Part shown: piece after piece, positions 8,792-14,544 of the stretch
Layout: every line of letters starts with the position of its first letter
How positions within the stretch are numbered: the first letter of the stretch is position 1
Assembly: GCA_050250255.1 (NCBI GenBank)
Contig: JBFWOZ010000053.1
Location: 1-17,768 of the forward strand
DNA from: Bdellovibrionales bacterium
GTDB lineage: Bacteria > Bdellovibrionota > Bdellovibrionia > Bdellovibrionales > DASUEL01
Length of the DNA stretch: 17,768 bases
Direction of reading: 5' to 3'
Made by a program: the position numbers and the translations under genes
Notes under the pieces: model-generated
Told to the model about the DNA's origin: nothing
The model's input: only the letters and a program-made list of their open reading frames with translations
Database searches by the model: none

Positions 8792-9814
8792 ATGATGAAG
8801 AAACTGGCACTTATTCCTGCTATTTTTGTTCTCGTAACTTGCGCTTCTAAACCTTTGGAATACGAACATGCAAAGGATTTAGGGAAAATTGAGGCTTACG
8901 ATAAGCTCATTCAGGTTAAAGATTTACCTACAGATGCACCTCCTGCCGTCGCAACGCCAGTAGCGGAGACTCCAAAATCACCAGCTCCAGCAGTCCCAAA
9001 AGCTAAATTTTCAAAAAAAGCGAAGAAGGTGAAAAAAGTAGAGATAGACCCGTCCATACATTTGCCAGACTTAGAAGATGGTGAAGGTTTTGTGGGCCGC
9101 CGACCTACGATAGATCCATTTCGTGTGGGTGAAAAAATCACCATGATGATGACTTACTTCGGGGTTTCGGCCGGAGACATGATCTTAGAAGTAAAACCTT
9201 TTAAAGAAGTAAATGGAAACAAATCCTATCACATGATGGTGACACTCAAATCGAGTGACCTCTTTTCTTTAGTTTATTTAGTAGATGATTACGGTGAGAC
9301 TTTCATTGATTACGAAAACTTCACCCCTTACAACGCCAATATTTCTGCGACAGAATCAAAAAAACTACTCGCTTTGAAGACGGTTTTTGATTTCAAAAAG
9401 AACAAAGGTTATCGCTGGGAAAGACTAGTGAATAAAGGCGAAGCTCCTCGTGAAAGAAATGTGGAATGGGATATTCTTCCATTTTCTCAAAACGTGATTA
9501 GTGCTTTTTATTACGTGAGAGCTTTTACACTTCGACCAGGAAAAGTTTTTCGTTTTCATGTTGCCGATGACGGTAAAAATATGAACGTTAAAATTGAAGT
9601 ACTCAGAAAAGAAAAAATCAAAACGCGTGTGGGGGAGTTCAATACACTTGTTTTGAAACCGACTGTTGAAATCGGTGGCATTTTCCAGCCGATGGGGGAT
9701 GTTCTCTTTTGGGTGACTGACGACGAACGCAAATTGTATGTCAAATTAGAAGCCCAAATCAAAATTGGGAAAGTTATCGGCGTTTTAAAGTCCCTTGAAA
9801 AAGGCGGACCTTGA
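8792..9814 (+). CDS. DUF3108-like exported protein, probable lipoprotein
   Basis: ATG 8792 follows the acyltransferase stop and gives MMKKLALIPAIFVLVT-C (lipobox-like). A P/A/K-rich linker follows, then PFRVGEKIT..Y.GVSAG, IKTRVGEFNT and FWVTDDERK..VK, resembling DUF3108 proteins (recognised by eye). Confidence 0.7.
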   Translation: MMKKLALIPAIFVLVTCASKPLEYEHAKDLGKIEAYDKLIQVKDLPTDAPPAVATPVAETPKSPAPAVPKAKFSKKAKKVKKVEIDPSIHLPDLEDGEGFVGRRPTIDPFRVGEKITMMMTYFGVSAGDMILEVKPFKEVNGNKSYHMMVTLKSSDLFSLVYLVDDYGETFIDYENFTPYNANISATESKKLLALKTVFDFKKNKGYRWERLVNKGEAPRERNVEWDILPFSQNVISAFYYVRAFTLRPGKVFRFHVADDGKNMNVKIEVLRKEKIKTRVGEFNTLVLKPTVEIGGIFQPMGDVLFWVTDDERKLYVKLEAQIKIGKVIGVLKSLEKGGP

Positions 9815-9865
9815 TCTAGTTTCTTGTTATAGGAGCAACCTATTGCTCTTCTGACGCCATCTGTA

Positions 9866-9894
9866 TTGTGGGAACGGAAGAGCCTCCTTAAACT
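9866..9894 (+). promoter_or_regulatory. Candidate sigma70 promoter for a leaderless GT9 transcript
   Basis: TTGTGG (9866-9871), 17 bp, TAAACT (9889-9894), then 6 nt to ATG 9901; no Shine-Dalgarno upstream of the ATG. Confidence 0.45.
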
Positions 9895-9900
9895 ATCCTA

Positions 9901-11076
9901 ATGGCACTGACAAATTGTAGGTATTTTAACGGCTATAAACCTTGTGGCCGATCTTCTTCTTGTGATGAATTTTGTACTTCAAAAGATATTCCTCAAATTA
10001 GAATATTGGTGGTTCACCTTGGAGCTCTTGGGGCCGTCGTGAGATCAACAAGTCTTTTGAGCGCGATCAAAAGAAAATATCCGTCAAGCCATATTACTTG
10101 GGTGACAGATAAACCAGCTCACCACTTTTTTCAGAATCAAACTAAGGTAGATCGAATTTTGACATCTACTCCAGAAGATTTGCTTGTTCTTTCCATTTTA
10201 GAATTTGATGTCGCTTTTTGTATCGATAAAAGTTTGAAGGCGGCAGGCATCTTAGCACAAACACAGTACGATATTCTCTATGGATACAAAGCGGATCCAA
10301 CAGGAGCGATTGTTCCTGCAACAGCAGCTGCGGAAGAGTATTGGCAATTAGGATTAGATAATCATAAAAAATTCTATGTGAATCAAAAACCAGAAACCCA
10401 ACTTATTTGTGAAGCCTTAGAGCTCACTTATCAGCGTGATCCGTATGATCTTGTACTATCAGCGGCTGAGCAGGAACGATCCAAGCAGCGTCGTGAAAGA
10501 TGGCTTGGGAACTCTAAAGCGATTGTGGGAATCAATACGGGGTGTAGTCCTGTTATTAAATATAAAAAAATGAGTGTATTAGGTCACCGTCAGCTTCTTT
10601 CAGAACTGATGACCATTTCGAATATCTCCATAGTACTTCTTGGTGGGGGTGAGGAAGATGAACATCGTAACCGAGAGATTGGTTATGGGTTTCCAGTCCA
10701 CCAGAGCCCTACACTCGAGGGTGTGCGAGACGGTTTAGTGTCCGTGGTCGCTTGTGATGTGGTGATCACAGGTGATAGCCTTGGAATGCATATGGCGATC
10801 GCGTTGAAAAAATGGACGGTCGCATGGTTCGGACCAACATGCGCTCAGGAGATTGATCTCTATGATCGAGGAGAAAAAGTGATAACGACGGCTCCTTGTA
10901 ACCCATGCTGGAAGAGGTCTTGTCAAAAAAAACCCATGTGTTACGATTTGGTACCTTTGCCACAAATGATGGAAAGCACACTGAGAGGGCTTGAGGAGAT
11001 CGTGTGGAAAGACAACAAAAAAATCTCATTGTCCAAACAGCCTTTCTTGGAGACACACTCCTTTCCTTACCCTTAA
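9901..11076 (+). CDS. Glycosyltransferase family 9 (LPS heptosyltransferase-like) with Cys-rich termini
   Basis: ILVVHLGALGAVVRST, YPSSHITWVT, VITGDSLGMHMAIAL...VAWFGPT, C-terminal CNPCWKRSC..MC. Confidence 0.9.
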   Translation: MALTNCRYFNGYKPCGRSSSCDEFCTSKDIPQIRILVVHLGALGAVVRSTSLLSAIKRKYPSSHITWVTDKPAHHFFQNQTKVDRILTSTPEDLLVLSILEFDVAFCIDKSLKAAGILAQTQYDILYGYKADPTGAIVPATAAAEEYWQLGLDNHKKFYVNQKPETQLICEALELTYQRDPYDLVLSAAEQERSKQRRERWLGNSKAIVGINTGCSPVIKYKKMSVLGHRQLLSELMTISNISIVLLGGGEEDEHRNREIGYGFPVHQSPTLEGVRDGLVSVVACDVVITGDSLGMHMAIALKKWTVAWFGPTCAQEIDLYDRGEKVITTAPCNPCWKRSCQKKPMCYDLVPLPQMMESTLRGLEEIVWKDNKKISLSKQPFLETHSFPYP

Positions 11077-12071
11077 TTCTTTATGTACGAAAAATATATC
11101 CCGAACAAGAAATTTGGTATCTCTGTCGAGAGGGACTAGGGGAGTTACTGCTCCATTTGAAGCTTGTGGATAAAGTGATAGAAGTCAAAAAAAGAAAATC
11201 AGATAGTTACGATCAAGTTATTAAAGATTTAAAGAATGAGCAGTTTGAAAATATTTTTTCTCCTCATGAGTCTTTTCGAACGTCCATGCTTGTAAAAAAA
11301 TTGAAGGCGAAAAGAAAAATTGGATTTAAAAAATGGTGGAATTCTCTTATTTACACTCATCGCCTTTCAAAACCAAAACATCTGCCAGATGCTTTAAGGC
11401 AACTGTATCTCCTTTATTTTTTAAGCCCCGAGCTCAACCAATTTTTTTCTAATAAACAAGGTGCGCAGGTTTTTGCTTCGCAAAATGGAATGAAAACCCC
11501 ACAATTACCAGCTTGGGCTTCTATGCAAAGAGAGTTTGAGTTGCGTTTACCTGCGGGGTTTATACAGTCTAATAAAAAGCGGGCGGTTCTTGCGCCGGGA
11601 AGCCAGTGGGTTACAAAACGTTGGACCCCTGAGGGGTTTCTAGAAGTTGGGAAAAACCTTCAGACTCAAGGTTTTGAGATTTTAATTGTGGGATCAAAAG
11701 ATGAAAAGCCGATCTGTGATAAATTAGCGCAAAAGCTTATAGGTGCCCAAAATTTTTGTGGGCAAACAAGTCTCATTGAACTTCTCAGTCTCTTAAAGAA
11801 AAGTGATCTTCTCATCGTGAACGATAGCGGAGTGATGCACATGGGAGCGATTGCCGGCCTCCCTACGGTTGCGATTTATGGTCCAACAACTTTGGATTTA
11901 GGCTATCGTCCTTGGCAATCGGAAGCGCGCGTTGTGGAGAAGTCACTCCCTTGTCGGCCTTGCGGTAAACACGGCCATGACAAATGTCCTATCGGTACCC
12001 ACGAATGCATGAAGTCGATTGCGGCCTCAGAGGTTCTTTCCGCAGTAGATTCATTATCTCTTAAAGCATAA
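11004..12071 (+). CDS. Glycosyltransferase family 9, WaaF-like LPS heptosyltransferase
   Basis: QTAFLGDTLL, APGSQWVTKRW, VNDSGVMHMG..AGLPTVAIYGPT, CRPCGKHGHDKCPIGTHECM; GTG start with GAGGAG RBS at 10993-10998. Confidence 0.92.
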   Translation: MERQQKNLIVQTAFLGDTLLSLPLILYVRKIYPEQEIWYLCREGLGELLLHLKLVDKVIEVKKRKSDSYDQVIKDLKNEQFENIFSPHESFRTSMLVKKLKAKRKIGFKKWWNSLIYTHRLSKPKHLPDALRQLYLLYFLSPELNQFFSNKQGAQVFASQNGMKTPQLPAWASMQREFELRLPAGFIQSNKKRAVLAPGSQWVTKRWTPEGFLEVGKNLQTQGFEILIVGSKDEKPICDKLAQKLIGAQNFCGQTSLIELLSLLKKSDLLIVNDSGVMHMGAIAGLPTVAIYGPTTLDLGYRPWQSEARVVEKSLPCRPCGKHGHDKCPIGTHECMKSIAASEVLSAVDSLSLKA

Positions 12072-12081
12072 AGTAATGAGT

Positions 12082-12200
12082 TGGTTTGGGCAGAAAAAGT
12101 TCTCACCCAAAAGCTCAAACAGTCCTCACCAATGTCCTCATTTCATGAGGACATTGTCTGCGGAACTCGTTTTGGGCGAAAACTTTTTCTGCCCAAACCA
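12082..12200 (-). repeat. Long hairpin element, copy 1 (119 bp)
   Basis: 31-bp inverted arms 12082-12112/12170-12200 with 2 mismatches, both G-U compatible only on the - strand. Inner perfect 12-bp hairpin 12130-12141/12145-12156. Core shared with copy 2. Confidence 0.93.
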
Positions 12201-12410
12201 GATCCCGCTCATCTTTTGTTTTAAGATGTTTCAAGAATTGGCTCCTAGAATTTTGCCCGTGCCGTATCCTCAGCCCAATGTGAGAATCGCTATACCAAAA
12301 GATGTTTTAAATAAATGTTCGAAAGTTCTAAGAAATTAATAGATCTGCATTTCTGATTCTAATCACATAAAGATTTTGGAATTAATTGGTTTTAACTCGA
12401 GAGTAGTTGA

Positions 12411-12580
12411 TTCCTGTTTCCTTAGAAAAGTTTTTGTCCAAAACGAGTTCCGCAGCGCCTACACACCAAATAGTTTATAAGGGGGTAGAGCAGAAATCAC
12501 TTGGGGTCTAACGCAATCAAAGGTAAAGGCGCGAGGACTGTCTGAGCTTTTGGGCGAAAACTTTTCTAAGGAAACAGGAA
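12411..12580 (+). repeat. Long hairpin element, copy 2 (170 bp), inverted relative to copy 1
   Basis: 33-bp inverted arms 12411-12443/12548-12580 with 2 mismatches, both G-U on the + strand. Core CGAGTTCCGCAG (12444-12455) and GCGAGGACTGTCTGAGC (12531-12547) match copy 1 reverse complement at 12/12 and 15/17. Confidence 0.93.
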
Positions 12581-12601
12581 GTAAGTTTTAGTAACGTTAA
12601 A

Positions 12602-13471
12602 CTAATCCTTCGGACGATTGAAGGGAGTTGTGTCGAAAGGGATTTTGTTGAGTTCTTCTTTAAGAATTTCTTGATACTCAGCGACTTGGATGTCGACGCC
12701 AGAAATTTCTTTTAGCCAGTCCGCATCTGCTTGAGCGGCAAATTGGTAGCCGTGAATGCAATGGGCGCCTAGCTCTGCCGCTTCTTTGGAAAGTGGGGAG
12801 GGAATGGGGTAGAGATTCATATCGATAACGGTTGCCGGGTTCTTTAAAAAATTAAAATAATACAAATCTTTCAGAATTGTGTTTTCAGTCGTAAGGGGTG
12901 TGGTGTTGATCATGACGGAGTTCACTCCGGGAAGAAGCATGATGGAGGATTGAGGAACAAATTGGAACTCAACGTTGAAATACGTTTTTTTTACTTCTGC
13001 CATAAGCTCTGAACCAAGTTTATTATCTCGATCTGTTATATGGAATTTTAAAAATCCCATCTGAGCAAAAACACCAATCAACACTCGGGTTGTAGAACCT
13101 GCTCCCACAATAAAAATTGCAGAGTGGTGGTTCACGGACTTCATGTTTAGACTAAATTGCTTCATAATGGCGCCAAAGAGAAAAGATTTTGGCCACCAGA
13201 CAGATCGAATTTTGATGAGAGCATCGCCTGAGCGAATGCGCGAAATCTGTTCAGTATTATGAACGCCCATATGAGTGATTCTGTTGCCAAAGGGTGGTCC
13301 AATGCGAATAAAGTCGTATTGATTTTGGCAATCTTTGACTACGTCGAGGACGTTTTCCGATGTAGCAGGCATTTTTGTGAGCGTATTGGTTATACCCTTA
13401 GAGGTCATGAACTGACTAAGAGCTTCAAAGCGAGCCGCATTCTGCTCAGCGGTAACTACACACCATTTCAT
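12602..13471 (-). CDS. Divergent shikimate dehydrogenase (AroE)-like protein
   Basis: AroE-like length (289 aa) and C-terminal NAD(P) domain motifs: IVGAGSTTR, INTTP, VIDMNLYP..SPL, HG....AQA. N-terminal catalytic motifs are not recognisable. 4-nt overlap with the ribF stop. Confidence 0.7.
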   Translation of the reverse strand: MKWCVVTAEQNAARFEALSQFMTSKGITNTLTKMPATSENVLDVVKDCQNQYDFIRIGPPFGNRITHMGVHNTEQISRIRSGDALIKIRSVWWPKSFLFGAIMKQFSLNMKSVNHHSAIFIVGAGSTTRVLIGVFAQMGFLKFHITDRDNKLGSELMAEVKKTYFNVEFQFVPQSSIMLLPGVNSVMINTTPLTTENTILKDLYYFNFLKNPATVIDMNLYPIPSPLSKEAAELGAHCIHGYQFAAQADADWLKEISGVDIQVAEYQEILKEELNKIPFDTTPFNRPKD

Positions 13472-14475
13472 TTTTTTAAATCCTTATAATTTCTGAAAAA
13501 ATCGCGAGTCATTTGAACGTCTTCAGTAATTTGTTTCTTTAATTCTTGAATGGATGAAAACTTTTTTTCTACTCGTAATTTTTTAAAAAAATCAACTGAC
13601 AGAACCTCACCGTAAAGATCTTGATCAAAATCCAAAATATAAGTTTCGATTTTCATATTATTTTTTTGTGAATTTCTATCATCCTCAAAGGTCGGGTTGA
13701 ATCCCACGTTCGTGACAGAAGGAAAAAACTGACCTTTCACTTGAGTGTGAGTAACGTAAACTCCGGGACTTGGTGCCACGCCTGTGCCAGATGCAATGTT
13801 GACGGTGGGAAATCCGAGATGTCGTCCACGCTGCGCACCTTTAATAACAACACCTTTTAAATAAAAAGGGCGGCTAAGAGCTTCTTGGGCTTTTTCCATT
13901 TCACCTAGTTTTATTTTTTCTCGAATGTAGGAGCTGGAAATAATTTGTTCTTTTTTCCGAAGCGGCGGCACGACTTGAAGTTCAAAACCCCATTCTTGAG
14001 AGAGCTTTTCTAGCAGAGGGATGTTTCCTGATCGGTTTGCGCCGAAAGAAAAATCATAGCCTACTACTAATGCAATCGGTGAAAGAGGCTCAAAAATAAT
14101 TTCTTTTAAAAAAGTTTCTGGAGACATTTGTGAAAGCTCTCGAGAGAAAGGCTGAATGAAAAGATAATCAATACCCATTTTTTCTAGCTCTGAGATTTGG
14201 TCATCACGATCGAATAATTTGATGAGTTTTTTTTCGGGATAAAGAATTTGCATTGGATGTGGGTCAAAGGTCATTACTACGGATTTAGCCTGAAGCTCCC
14301 TAGACTTTTGTAGGAGATTTTGAAGAAGGGCGCGATGTCCCAGATGGACTCCATCAAAGTTGCCGATACTTACCACAGAGCGGGTGATTTCAGAGGGTTC
14401 ATGGCTACCATTTTGAGGCCGAGAGCTGGACCTTAGTTGTGGGCTAAGTTGTTTGATGTCACGCAGTACTTTCAC
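13468..14475 (-). CDS. ribF: Bifunctional riboflavin kinase/FAD synthetase RibF
   Basis: IGNFDGVHLGH, TFDPHP, VVGYDFSFG, ISSSYIR, GRHLGFPTVN, NVGFNPTF, IETYILDF..DLYG. Confidence 0.97.
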   Translation of the reverse strand: MKVLRDIKQLSPQLRSSSRPQNGSHEPSEITRSVVSIGNFDGVHLGHRALLQNLLQKSRELQAKSVVMTFDPHPMQILYPEKKLIKLFDRDDQISELEKMGIDYLFIQPFSRELSQMSPETFLKEIIFEPLSPIALVVGYDFSFGANRSGNIPLLEKLSQEWGFELQVVPPLRKKEQIISSSYIREKIKLGEMEKAQEALSRPFYLKGVVIKGAQRGRHLGFPTVNIASGTGVAPSPGVYVTHTQVKGQFFPSVTNVGFNPTFEDDRNSQKNNMKIETYILDFDQDLYGEVLSVDFFKKLRVEKKFSSIQELKKQITEDVQMTRDFFRNYKDLKK

Positions 14476-14481
14476 GCTCCA

Positions 14482-14490
14482 AGGTTACCA
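14482..14490 (-). promoter_or_regulatory. Candidate extended -10 promoter for a leaderless ribF transcript
   Basis: The minus strand reads TG-G-TAACCT-tggagc-GTG: an extended -10 ending 6 nt before the GTG start at 14475. Confidence 0.4.
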
Positions 14491-14497
14491 TAAAAAT

Positions 14498-14524
14498 TCA
14501 GAATTTCACACGTCTTTCCGATGA
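14498..14524 (+). promoter_or_regulatory. Possible sigma28 (FliA)-type promoter for pilB
   Basis: TCAG (14498-14501)-N15-TCCGATGA (14517-14524) resembles TAAA-N15-GCCGATAA, about 20 nt before the likely pilB start. Confidence 0.3.
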
Positions 14525-14544
14525 GATGCATGAAGGAGCTTCAC

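Noticed and set aside
12076..12339. 87-aa ORF over hairpin copy 1
   Set aside because: No RBS, and its mirrored peptide pattern (FGQKKFSPK / LGENFFCPNQ) is a by-product of translating a palindrome. No recognisable domain. Not excluded without proteomics.
12444..12547. Hammerhead ribozyme (CTGTCTGAG ... CGAG resembles CUGANGA ... GAAA)
   Set aside because: The invariant CUGA and GAAA core nucleotides are not matched and no third stem with an NUH site is evident.
12082..12580. CRISPR array, classical REP or intrinsic terminators as the explanation for the repeats
   Set aside because: Only two copies, inverted rather than direct, and no cas genes. A GTAG lies near copy 2 (12403-12406) but not at the equivalent place in copy 1. 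There are no poly-U tails and the stems are much longer than terminators.
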